A stretch of DNA of 64,000 nt from Hemiscyllium ocellatum. Lineage: Eukaryota. The position numbers and the translations under genes were made by a program. Position 1 is the first letter of the stretch, and each line of letters starts with the position of its first letter. The stretch spans positions 113,478,526-113,542,525 of the forward strand of contig NC_083403.1 in the NCBI RefSeq assembly GCF_020745735.1. The letters are read 5' to 3'. Below, one piece after another: positions 41,666 to 54,130 of the stretch. The notes beneath the pieces were generated by a model. The model was not told where the DNA came from, did not search any database, and saw nothing but the letters and a program-made list of their open reading frames with translations.

Positions 41666-42845
41666 AACGAGAGGAACAAGATGATACAGAAAGCCAAGGG
41701 AGGTCTCAGGACCTACCAAGAAAAGAACAGTGAGAACAGTGGGAATGAGGTCAAGGTGCTCCAACAGAAAAAATTCAGAAACACCAAGAATGGAAGGCCT
41801 ATGACATCAAAGTAAACTTACGTGGTGAGCAACAGAATTGAAAATGGTGATAAAGGAGGACAGAGTTGGAGAGGCATGCTCACGATAAACACAAACAAAT
41901 AAGCAGAAGGATAAGGAAGTATGGGTCTGAGAAGAATATGGCCATATCGCAAAACAAATGTGAGGAAATGGAGAGAGTAAGGAAGATCAAAGAAAAATAA
42001 AGGAAAGAGGTAAAATGCATCACAGAATCTCATGACATAGAAGAGGGAATTCAGTCTGTCCTACCCATGTCATCTCTTTGAAAGTCTTGTCTGTGGGATT
42101 GTGCTCCCACATTTTCCCTGAACCTCAATTGGACAATGGCCTCTACATACAACAGGATGAATCTTACAATTTTTGGTTGCAATGAAATTTCTGGAGGTTT
42201 TTTTTTGCCAGGAGGAATTAAGAGTTTTATCACTGTACCTTATAAATGTGCCATATTAAATACCTATCCTGCCCTAATCACCTCCTTTGCACTCAAGTTC
42301 TACATTACCTTACCACACATTGCACCCGGAACAACTCACCATTCAGCAGGTAGCCAGCTAAAGACCAGTATCCATTGCATCCCCGCCATCTTTATAAAGC
42401 TGTTGTGCACTTGGACAATCACTGGCATTCTGGAATTGCCCTGCTCTTTGAAGGATAGCAGTGGAACATGGCAGAGAAGGGGAAGATAGCACTGTGATTC
42501 TTTAACAAGGACTTGGAAGTCCAAGTGGATGGAGTCTTGCAAAGGAGAGGAGTCAGCTTCCCAGAAGACTGACAGGGCAGATTATCACCTGGGTCAGTAT
42601 CATTTCCAGGGTATGAGAAAACAGCTAGCTCTACCCCAAGAAGGTCAATGACCTTTCTGCTTCACCAGGATAAGTCTCGTACTTGACTCTCTGTTGCCTG
42701 AAACTCAGTCTACCTCAGCTACTGTCCCCATCTCTGACCAAAGCTCACACTCTGCTATTCTCACGAACACATGCAACTTCTCCCTGCACTGTTTATCTGT
42801 CGTAATCCCTTTCACCAGCCTCACCCCACCACTAATCTTGTATAG

Positions 42846-43068
42846 GAGAAAGTGAGGACTGCAGATGCTGGAGATCAGAGCTTAAAAATGTGTTGCTGGA
42901 AAAGCGCAGCAGGTCAGGCAGCATCAAAGGAACAGGAGAATCGATGTTTCGGGCATAAACCCAACTTCAGGAAGATTCCTAAAGAAGGGCTTATGCCCGA
43001 AACGTCGATTCTTCTGTTCCTTTGATGATGCCTGACCCGCTGTGCTTTTCCAGCAACACATTTTTAAG
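42846..43068. mobile_element. PLE family A fold-back palindrome
   Basis: Perfect 16-bp TSD cactaatcttgtatag at 42830-42845 and 43069-43084. Contains GGGC-ttat-GCCC-GAAAC-GTC. Confidence 0.88.
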
Positions 43069-43839
43069 CACTAATCTTGTATAGTCAATGCACTGGCTAC
43101 TTACTCACATGGGGTATCTCACTACTTTTTGTCCACCTGTGTCAGCAGTAACAGCCATGTTTATCCACTGTTATCTCATCTATTCCTCCCCTTTTTCATT
43201 ATTACAGGAGAAGCAGGTCCATAACAGTGCAGAGTGAAGCAGGATGGATGGAAGATGCTTAACATTCAGTTCCTCACTACTACCACTACCCACTCTTCCA
43301 TACACCCACCCAAAGAACAAGCAAATCCTGCCCTCACTGTATGAAGTCTGAGACTACTCCTGCAGGTGATGCAGAAAAGTCTACTTCCTGCTAAATGAGT
43401 GAGTACTGCGCCGCATGCCAGGGCCACTCCTCCCATTAACTGTGCTGTCAATTTCATTCACTGTCCAACACTTCCACATTTGGCCTGCAAAAAATAGCAT
43501 AGATGCAAGGGTCATTTGGTGGATATCTGCTGAGTAGTGAACTGTTTTGGGAATGGCTAGTGGTAAGATGAGGCTGAAACCAGATGCAATGGACATTATG
43601 GGGTGATTAATCCAACAAATTTGGTAAGTATGGCTGCAGAGTCAGAAAGGTATCTGGGATGCAATGCCCCTTATTGACCAGAAACTGCATCAGCATAGCA
43701 AATTACACAATTGACCGCCAGCATCCACAGAGTGGGGTCGTCAAGAGCCAGGTCCACCATTGAGGTCTGCTGGACATTTGTCAAAACATATACTCCATTG
43801 CTTCTCCCACTTGTGTCCAGGACCCAAGTCATGGTGACA

Positions 43840-43871
43840 GGTGGGGGTGGGGGGGTGGGGGGGGGGGGAGG
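43840..43871 (+). repeat. Poly-G tract, potential G-quadruplex
   Basis: Direct inspection. Confidence 0.7.
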
Positions 43872-44944
43872 TGTTTGACAGCAAGGAACATTAACCCTAG
43901 TGCATGTACATCTTCATCACAAAGTGACAGGATAGTGCCAAGAGACACCCAACTAGAGGGAGAACCATATCCAGGCTCCTTGGCACTTTTTTCAGGCTAC
44001 TGCAGAGATGACTGGGCCCTCCACTTCCACCCTACCCGTCCTCCACTGACCATCAGAAGTTCAGATCAAGGAAGACAAACATTCCTCTGGTAAGAAGACA
44101 CCAGGCATGTCTGGCTCTTCCAGACAGAAGCATCTCCACGGTCGTTCCTCCAAACTTCCAATGGTTTGGACTCCACAGCTGATCAGGCACTCTCCACCCC
44201 AAATGTAGAATACAGGACTACACTCGGATGGAGTGGGAGGGAGAGGAAGAAGAAAATGTATTGAGGACATGTTGGTGACATGGTGACAATGACATGTATG
44301 TGACTCACATTTTACTAGTGAATATTTGTTATTTAATCACCTGTGTCGTTATTAATCTTCCTACATAAGGCTTAACTGCAATGTTACACCTTCACCTTCA
44401 CTTCATGGTCACAGTCAAGGCTCAATGGGTGGAGGTCTGTGCTGACAGCTTACTACAATGAGGGCTCAATGTACCATCTGGAAGCAGCGAGAAGCATGCA
44501 TGTCATAGTGACACCCGGGGCTCTTTTCGTTCAACATCCCTCCTGTTTGGCTCTCTCTGTGCACAAAGATGTACCTATCAATGAGTTTTCCAGCAGTGGC
44601 TGTGCTAGGGAGGTCCATGCTGTAGGATAGCCAGGGAGTAAGCAGCCTGAGTGCTGTGCAATGCATGTGTCCAATGTTCTTTATTGCAAAAAGCTGAATG
44701 ATTGGTGTTTGCTCAGCCCCCCACCAAAGTCCCCACCTCACAGCTCATGACCCCACCCACTCCAAGTGTGGCTGCAGCCATTTCCTACCCCATTACGCAC
44801 TTCTGATTTTTGTCACAGCGGAAGGTGACAGCGAGCGGTTTTCTGCCGACGGCTTCTAGTCCCAGCCTAAACATAACAGCAAGCCTCCAAATATCCACTG
44901 CTCCTTCCTAATAGCCCACCCCATTAATTTCTCAGGCTTCACAA

Positions 44945-45643
44945 GAATTGATGCCATGGTCAAGAAGGCTCAACAACATTTGTTCTTCCTCAAGAGGCTA
45001 AGGAAATTTGGCATGTCCAGAAGGACCCTCAGCAACATTTGCAGATGCACCATGGAAAGCATTCTATCCTGATGAAGGGCTTTTGCCCGAAACGTCGATT
45101 TTACTGCTCCTCGGATGCTGTCTGAACTACTGTGCTTTTCCAGCACCACTCTAATCTAGACCCCAAAGGATTCTATCTGGATGCTTCAAAACTTGAAATG
45201 GCAATTGCTCTGCCCAGGACTGTAAGAAACTATGGAAAGTTCTGAACACAGCCTGGCCCATTACACAAACCAACCTCCCAGCCATTGACTCCACCTACAT
45301 CTTTCACTGCCTCATAAAAGGCAGCAAACATCATCAAAGACCCCTCCCACCGCGGTTATAATTTCTTCCAATATCTTCCATCAGGTAGAAGATACAAAAG
45401 TTTAAACACATGCACCAACTGGTCCAAGAATAGCTTCTTCCCCACTGTTATTAGACTTTAGAACGGACTTCTCAAATTTCAAACCTAATATTGATCTTGT
45501 TTTTTGCAGCCATAACTTTGCATTTCTCACTCTGTTCAATCACCCTTTGACCTTTGTATGTTACTATCTGTCTGTAGTGCACACAAAACAAACCTTTTCA
45601 CTGTACCTAGGTATATGCGACAATAATAAATCAAATCAAATCA
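44945..45643 (+). mobile_element. Rex1/Babar-like LINE 3' fragment
   Basis: Reads VKKAQQHLFFLKRLRKFGMSRRTLSNICRCTMESIL|SGC. Ends caataataaatcaaatcaaatca. Confidence 0.75.
45069..45169 (+). mobile_element. PLE family A short copy with intact hammerhead core, inserted in the Rex1-like LINE
   Basis: CTGATGA at 45069-45075, GGGC-tttt-GCCC, GAAA at 45089-45092, GTC at 45094-45096. TSD aaag(c/g)attctatc at 45056-45068 and 45165-45177. Confidence 0.85.
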
Positions 45644-45724
45644 CAATTTCCCCAAGTCCCCAGCCTTTCCACCTATATGTTCTTATACCTGTCTAATGTT
45701 CCCAGCCAGGCCCTGGTGAGCATC

Positions 45725-45830
45725 AATTCTGAGGAAGGGTCACCAGACCCAAAATGTTAACTTTGATTTCTCTTCACAGATGCTGCCAGACCTGCTGAGC
45801 TTTTCCAGGAACCTCTGTTTTTGTTTCTGG
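45725..45830 (+). mobile_element. PLE family D short copy with hammerhead motif
   Basis: att-CTGAGGA(45729-45735)-A-GGGTC-acca-GACCC-AAAA-TGTT-aac. Both departures from GAAAC are explicable as CpG decay. Confidence 0.7.
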
Positions 45831-46778
45831 TCACCCACTATCTCTCTTTGAAGCCAGCGTGCTCCTGACTGTGGGTAAACCCACTCCCCCATTAGCCTCT
45901 TCCAAGCCATACTTTCCATATACCTAACCCTCCCAAACACCACGATGCTCTGCAAATCTTGTTGACCCTTCTTTAACAACTCTACTCTGCTCTTTCACAG
46001 AAACTGAAGACCTCAGACTCAAAGGTTAATTTGTGGCAGCACTTATTGTTCCGGGATTCCTTGACGGACTGGTGCCTCAATGGATTTCAGTGAGGATGAG
46101 GTCCCCCTAAAACTCTGAGACATGGCTACCAGCTTGTTGCACCTGCATAAGCTGTGGACACAGGAGGCAGGAATATGTGATCAATGTAACAAACATCTAC
46201 ACAGCAACATGTCTGCCCCTCAACTGAGGACTGCTGACCAACCAACCAAACTGTCTGGTCATGTGACTGCACAAAATGTCCCTGCGGCAGCTGTTCAATG
46301 CTAGCCGCCCATAATGCAATTACTTTGCAATGCAAGCTCGTGTTTCCAAGGTGCACTACAAATGTATCACAGAGGTACTAGAAGGGGTGAGGGATGCAAC
46401 ATACTAGTGTCAAAAGATGCGAGTGATTGATGTCTATGGGTTGTGTTCTGGACTGTGGTTTAGTTGAAGGCAGCATGGAGTTCATCTGGAGCAAGCAGTA
46501 ACATGAATACACCAGGTACCCCCTTTGGTTTTCATGTCAAGTTTTCTTGATGTCCAGCTTTTTGGCATGTGTGGAAAGAGCTGAATATTAAATAAAAAAG
46601 GTGTTCTATCAAAAAGGTGTTTAACTAACAATAATCCCCCTAAACTGGGAATCTGCTAATGTCTCGTGAGAAACTGGACACTCCACTATTCAAAAGTATA
46701 AAAGATGGACTAAATTGCTGAGGTGAGGGATTGAAAAGGATAAAGAGTAACAACCCTTCAGACAGGGTTCTAACATGA

Positions 46779-46944
46779 AACAAAGTGCTGGGGAAACTCA
46801 GCAGCCTCCAGTTATACTGGAATCAAAATGTTAACTCTCTATCTTTCTCTTCATAGATGCTGCCAGACCTACTGAGTTTCTCTCGCACTTTTCGTTTTTA
46901 TTTCTCACTTCCAGCATTTGCTGAGTTTTGCATTTAGTTGAGCA
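46779..46944. mobile_element. PLE family D-related copy with short inverted 5' arm
   Basis: aaagtgctggggaaactcagcag is inverted against ctactgagtttctctcgcacttt. TSD ttctaaca(t/a)ga at 46768-46778 and 46945-46955. Confidence 0.65.
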
Positions 46945-48333
46945 TTCTAACAAGATATGGCAGTAAGGACAGGAAATCTGTTCTGGTTCATTCTTGTAGG
47001 TATAGTCATAATGACAGTCAATCAGACAGGTGAGGACATTGATGAATTTCTACTGCCAATGAAGTATCACCTGTGCCTCCCATGGGTCCTTATAATCTTT
47101 AGGTTTTCATTTCCCTCCTCCAATGTGTAATGAGAAGGCTATTCCTTCCTGCAAGTGACTAACCTGGTGCCCAACTGGGCTTTGAATATGGCACTGGTCA
47201 CACAAATCCCAGCAGCAATTTGGAATTCCATCACTAGTGAGTGTATGACAGCAGGAGAACTGTACTGTTGGGGCATGGTTCCAGATATAAAGAGCTGAGC
47301 TGTACATAATTGCATAAGATGACTGAGTTGAGTTCATAGAGAGAAACTCTCCATGATGTTTACTCAGCCTGTAAAATTCAGCCCGATAATGCATATTTTA
47401 TCGAAATGCCAAAAATTGGTTTATCTGGGACACAATAGAGGTCCCAGGGGAAGAGATCCAATGGAAGCAAAAGAACTGTTCCCATCTGAAAGTCATCACA
47501 GCCACAGAAGTGGGGCTAACTTGTTTTGCTTGCAGAGAAAAATTAATGTATATATCTTTGCTATAGAGTTTAATTAGTGAAGGAAAAAATGAATCAAGTG
47601 AAAATCTTCAGCAAAACTTTTTACACACTAATACTGAGGACAGATAATACAAGTATCCTTTAATTAATCTAAGTGCATGCTATATCTTTGTGAGTGCGTG
47701 AGTGTGTAGACTGTGTGCAGAAGAGTGGGTTATAATTATATTTTGGTTCTTGTGATTCATAAACATTATTTCCTTTCTTTTGACTTAAACTTTCAAAAAT
47801 AAGACTGACAAGTTCTTCTCTAAGTGTCAGTACTTAAAGGGTTAAAATTCTCCTTCAAAGAAGTATATCTTGTGATCAGTCAAGATATAGGATGAAGAGA
47901 TTATCAACTGTTCTGTTTTCTGCACCCCTGCCAGAACTTTTGGGGATAATAACTCATGAGTCCTACGTTCTGATCGCTGTCTGGATAAAGCAGTTTATTG
48001 ATTGTATTTATTAATGACCATCTTGTCACTAATCTATTGCAAACCTCTGCATTCTCTCCAATATACTGACATTCTACTGAAAGTGTAAACCCCAGCTTTA
48101 CGTACAATCCAATCCTCAATTTGTACAGTTTTAAAATACCTTCTTTGTTTTTGCATTATTTACAAAGTGAGGTATTCAAAAGTCTTTTCTTAATTGTAAA
48201 TCTTCTAGGAGAAAGTGAGGACACATTTTCAGCTCTTAATTGTAAATGCCGTGCAACGTTCAGAATTATGAATATCCTCCAAGGTTGTACACTATTTCAC
48301 TATAAGAATGAAAGCAATGATTCTAACACCCAT

Positions 48334-48435
48334 TGCTGGGGAACACCTGTAGATATTTCTCTCTGTTCAATCTGGTTTTTTGCTGTTGGGGAACACCTCT
48401 CAATATTTCTCTCTGTTCAATATGTTTTTTTTTGC
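48334..48435. repeat. Two-copy tandem duplication of about 50 bp within a decayed minus-strand CR1 fragment
   Basis: tg.tggggaacacct....atatttctctctgttcaat.tg.ttttt occurs twice with period 50. Confidence 0.85.
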
Positions 48436-48849
48436 ATCATGAGCCTTAGCTAATGTTACCACTGTCACTTTAATCTTGTGTGCTTCTCACACTGAACAAC
48501 TCAGCAATGTGGCACGTTATCAAATACATTTTTTAAAAAATCTACAGCATGATCTTCATCAACCCTCCTTGTTATTTCATCAAACAAACTCACTCAGGCT
48601 CGTCAGATGAGGGTTGCCTTTAACAAATATATGCTGGACATCCCTCAGTATCCCATAATTATTAAAGTAGCATTCATTTTGTCCTAAGGACTGGTCTCTA
48701 TTAGTTTCCCCATTACAGATATTCAACTGGTAACTGGACAGGTTCATGTCTTTTTTCTTAAATGATTAGCTTTATGATCTCATAGACTTTTGGCAGCTTT
48801 CTATTTCTAAGAAGGATCAACAGATTTCTGTTAGGGTATCTGTTCTCTC

Positions 48850-49049
48850 CAGCTGAAAATGTGTTGCTGGTTAAAGCCCAGCAGGTTAGGCAGCATCCAA
48901 GGAGTAGGAAATTTGACGTTTCGGGCATAAGCCCTTCATCAGGAAGCGTCGAATTTCCTACTCCTTGGATGCTGCCTAACCTGCTGTGCTTTAACCAGCA
49001 ACACATTTTCAGCTGTGATCTCCAGCATCTGCAGACCTCATTTTTACCC
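48850..49049. mobile_element. PLE family A fold-back palindrome, hammerhead core intact on the minus strand
   Basis: Perfect TSD tatctgttctctc at 48837-48849 and 49050-49062. Minus-strand CTGATGA-A-GGGC-ttat-GCCC-GAAAC-GTC at 48942-48915. Confidence 0.88.
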
Positions 49050-50938
49050 TATCTGTTCTCTCTACCCAAGCTTCCATTAGCAAGTTAAGGTGTGCCCCCT
49101 CTGGAGCAGGTATCATATTAACTTTGAGTGATGCAAAGCTGTTGATCATTTGCTATTTTCAAACCATTCAATGTCACAGAACTTGCAGAAGGTGAGAGAT
49201 GCCCTTTTGACCATTGTATCTGCACCCGTTCTCTGAATGAGCATTTTGCCTTGTGCTGTTCTCCTGCCTTCTTTCTGCAATTCTGAGCCTGCTTCCATCA
49301 CACACGTCTTTTGCTTCTTTTACACATTACTTTTGAATAATTTCTACTCCCTCGAACCTCTACTGTAATATTAGTTTCATCCTTTTTTAATGAAACCTGA
49401 TGCAATGTTTTTGGTTAATGTCACAATCATGTTGTCGACATTCAAGAGAAAATTTCCTTCTTTGCCCATCACCAGCCCTAGCACTACAATGATAATCCTC
49501 TACTGCTTGTAAATTTATAAGACATTTTATTTAAGGTTTTCAACTATGTTTTGGACTTAACATTTGTCATAAACCACATTTTTGGCTTTATTTCATAATT
49601 TTTGGAAACCTATTTTCTCCTTATATTTAGTTTTTGGCTCCAACTTGAAAGCTTGTCTTTGCTCATTTTCTGTTGTCCTCACCAACCTCGCTTTCCTGTC
49701 GATTTCTACAATCTAAATCACTGATATTGTTTTGCTTCTCATTTGCTATTTCATTATTGACCACATTACTCCTTCCCATTACAGCCATAAAACTAATTAT
49801 GTTTTCACTATATTCATGTTCTTTCACTGAAATAACACTCTATCTGACATATTTTGTTGGGTTTAAAATGTACTTATTAAAAAGGTCTCATGTAAACATT
49901 TTAGGAATGCTTTACTTTTTAACAAGTTGGTGAAAAGTCATATCACAAAAGCTTTTTGCCTTACACTCATCAGAACAAACTCAAAAATCCTAAACTTCAA
50001 ATGATCATAACAATTTAAACAAAGAAGACAAAGAGGGCCAAATGTTTGGCGTGTCTGTAGCACCAATCATATGAACCACTCCAACTCAATTAGTGTCATA
50101 CCCTTTGTGCAAAATCTAGCATCATGTTGAACCAAGAGTTAAGCTGCACACTGTACATTATTCATCGATAATAACACATCCTTCTTCTGCTTTTAGAATA
50201 TCCTCTTCCTTCGCCCTTTTGCCACAAGATTTTTATGCAAATTCATATCATTAACAGTCACAATTTCTTCAATGGCCTCCTTGTCAAACCACCTTGAGTA
50301 ACTTCAAACATGTTCAAACTTCAGCTGTTCTTCTGCTGCCCCACACTCTATTCATATATGTCAAAACATTCAGCCATTGTACCACACTCTTGAAAATTCC
50401 CTCCCAAATTTTCTATCACTGCTCCACTTATCTTTGCCTCTTTAAACTGGTTTTTGGACCAAACTTTCCCTCACCTCTTCCAAATTTTACTTCTTGCTCA
50501 CTGTATATCTTTCTCTTCCCTCCCACTGCCGACTAATGAATGAAGATGATTCCTTCAATAACTGTATTGGACCCTGAAATTCCCAGGAATGCAACAGGGT
50601 GTGAGTCAGAGACAACTTCTTTCTGGGATTCTGCCCTTTTCACAGACCAAAGTAAAATTATTTGTAAGTTAAAAAGTCTATTGCTGAGTGAATCTATTTA
50701 AATAAATACATTTCATGATGTTAAAGGGTGAAAACTACCTGGATTTTCCAATTGAGGCATTTCCATAAACCAAACCTTTCAGTAAATGGTCTAAAAGCTA
50801 AAGCAGACTGCGTGCAGTGGAGCAGCACACAATATGAAGCTGGAAGCCGCAAATGTGGTCAATAGATTTACACATATCACTACCCTGCTGAAAAATACTC
50901 ATAAGTCTTAACACACTTGTGAACTTCCAGAATCATTA

Positions 50939-51193
<255 letters not shown>

Positions 51194-52897
51194 TTAACTT
51201 TTCAGTAATGAATAGGATCCAGCAGGCCAGCAATATTTTATGCACTAGATATTTCTACCGAGACACTACATCTGATGTACAAATTGAATACATCAACCAT
51301 TGTGCTGCAAAGCTGAAAAATGCCATAAACTCAAGAATTGTAACTTTCTTCTCTTGGGTATTTCAGATTTATCCCTAAATGACTTATAGGGTTTCATTCT
51401 CCAAGAAGCAAAACTTGAATTTATTTTCTCAAATTGACATTTTGTACGTGAGAAATGTGAAATAGTATCAACAAAACAATTTTTGCACCACATCAAAAGA
51501 GTCATTTATAAAGCAGGCAGAAGTGCATAATTATTGTTCTATTGTTTTCCTCTGTCGAGTATTCTTTAGCACCCTTTGCTACTCGAGATCCATTTGTTAT
51601 CACCTATAAGATAGCAGTAATGATTTAATGAACAAGTATCTAATGTCATATCAGGTCCCAAATGGTCCCAGGAAATACTTGGTTCCAGCAGCAGAAGTCC
51701 TTTCAAATTATGTCATTCATTAACTAATTTTGCCTTCCAAGAGGCAAAAGGTATTTATGTTTGCACGTGTATGCATTTTCCCTTCCTGCAGTAATAAGTC
51801 ATGTCTGTTTCCAAGACAGCACTCCCTGACGGAATCTATAATTTACTATCTGATACACCAACATTCACAAACTATTAATTGACAACTCCGCACATTTCTA
51901 CGCTGACATGCTATATTCCTAATTTGCTATAATTTCTTCCTAGTCTTTCAAGTAAAATCTTCAGAAGGGTATTGGCAACAATTAGAACTCAAGTGGAATA
52001 TGTCCATTGACATCCTTATATTTGATGTTACTTTCCCCAATGGCCTCCTGTACTAGCACTCCCTATGCCACATAAACATATAGACACCAAATCCATTCAC
52101 AGTCTTTGGGTAACTCTGCTCCCTGATTTTAATTGGGAAGACATTGTGTGCTATAATTGACTTTGGGGTCCTGAACTTAAATGACAAATGTAAGCCAGGG
52201 TACTCCTTTACAACCAGTACTTTATTTCGAGAGGTTGGCAGAGTAGTGGGGCTGAGCCTGGGGCTCATCAGCTCCCATTGTTTTTCTTTCATTCTCTTTA
52301 TTTCCTTCTTTTAACTTTTGCTGGTTTTCTTTTTTTTTCCTTTATCTTTTCTTTTTTCTCTTTGTTGTTTTTTTCTCTTTTAAGCGTGGAAAGTGGCAGG
52401 TAAAGGAGGACACCTCCAGTGGCAGCAATGCCAGGATGAGCCAGACACAGTTCCATCCTTGGCAAGGTCTCCTCGTAAGTGAGGAACACGTTCCAGGCTG
52501 ATTCGCCCATCCCAGACCCACAGGCTAGGCTGAGGATGCAGGCTTCAGTGCAAAAGAGAGAAGGAAGGCAGTTTCGGACAGGCATGGTGGTCTCCTGGTC
52601 TGGGGGTAATGTGCTGACATGGAGGTCTCACCCCTATGTGGATGTCTTCTTTGTCTTCGGTGTCCACATGTGTTCCAGGAGCCCACCAGAAGTTCTCATC
52701 CAGGAGTGGTGGTGTCAGTCCAACGTGGTGGCCTTCTTCAGTAGAGTATCCAGCAGTTCAGAATGGTGGCCTTGTCTTGGCTGCATCTTCAGAGTATTCA
52801 ATCATTCTTAAATCAGCTTTCCCCAAGCCCAGGAGCCATTAACTCAGCAATGATGAACTTTGTCTTAGTTTTGGTTCTTTTTATTATTATTATGCAT

Positions 52898-53216
52898 GGG
52901 CGGCACAGTGTCACAGTGGTTAGCACTACTGCCTCATAGCACCAGAGACCCAGGTTCAATTCCCACCTCAGGCAACTGTCTGTGTGGAGTTTGCACATTC
53001 TCCCTGTGTCTGCGTGGGTTTCCTCCAGGTGCTCTAGTTTCCTCCTTCAGTCCAAAAATATGCAGATTAGGTGAATTGGCCATGAGAAATTGCCTGTAGT
53101 GTTAGGTGAAGGGGTAAATGTAGGGTCTGGGGGAGTTGCCCTTTGGAGGGTCAGTGTGGACTTGTTGAGCTGAAGGGCCTGTTTCCACACTGTAAGTAAT
53201 GTAATCTAATCTAATC
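52898..53216 (+). mobile_element. HE1 SINE, full length
   Basis: A/B boxes, V-domain and (AATCT)n tail. Confidence 0.92.
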
Positions 53217-53944
53217 TGTATGACTCTGACATTGATGTAGGTGCCATGTTCAACTAATTGAACTTTTTACTAATTTTTCATGTAAAAGTACATGACTTTC
53301 TATTCTATTCTAGTAGCAATATCAGGTCATTATTATTATTATTCATGTCAATGGATAAGTACATGATCAAACAAACTAAAATCACACATGATAAATGACT
53401 ATGAGGTTACAAATGACTACTCAGCACAGTGGCACTGTATTTCAAATATGGATTAACATCAGGAAATAATAAAAGAAGAGTGCAAAGAAAGACTTTTACT
53501 CAGATCTGATTCACCTTACTAATGGTATGTCTCTGGAAATGCAATGGAATCTTTAATTACCTGTGGTGGACAAATTGTGTTGGAATTTTGGTGCAGTTAC
53601 CAACAACAGAACCGAAGCAAGTCCTGACCTTCACAATGGATATATTTAACATGCAAACTAATCTCGTTTCTACATTCCAGGTCTTTACTCAATATTGTAC
53701 AACTGAAGAACATAAAGGGAAAATTTCCAGATCGATGAGTACTATCCATCCAGTATATATGTTCAAGCTCTTCTTTAATCTATTAAATATTCATAGATGA
53801 ATTTCTGCATTATCAATCATGGGAAATAGTATCTTACAGCTGCACACAGTACTGAAAAATGTTCTACAGTCATTTTGAGACAAGAATTTTAATGGTAAAC
53901 AGGATTACTATCATTGCTTTGAATGCAACGGTGGTAACTAAACG

Positions 53945-54130
53945 AATCAAAAGGTTTGAGGTTTAAGTTCCACTTGAGCTTGTGATGAAAAATCAAGCCT
54001 CAGTATTGAAGGAGAATTGCACTGTTGGAGATGCAGTCTTTCAGATGAATATTCATGCAATGACACAATACAAATGATGATTCCACAAGAACAGGGAAGA
54101 AAGATGCAGAAGAGATCTCTTGGGTTCAAA
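53945..54130 (+). mobile_element. Decayed AmnSINE1/SacSINE1-like SINE 5' part
   Basis: cagtattgaaggagaattgcactgttggagatgcagtctttcagatga resembles the recalled consensus. Confidence 0.55.

Larger units (their letters stand above)
42155..46720. mobile_element. Decayed PIF/Harbinger DNA transposon: Myb/SANT-like gene on plus, transposase remnants on minus, with nested insertions
   Basis: From ATG 42468 it reads MAEKGKIAL*FFNKDLEVQVDGVLQRRGVSFP...KKVNDL. A second exon after ttacag (about 43209) reads EKQVHNSAE*SR. Minus strand about 46085-46025 reads NPLRHQSVKESRNNKCCHKLT, resembling TPLR...E.RYN..H..TR. Right end uncertain. Confidence 0.62.

Noticed and set aside
52898-52970. tRNA gene
   Set aside because: It is the tRNA-derived head of an HE1 SINE and continues directly into the V-domain.
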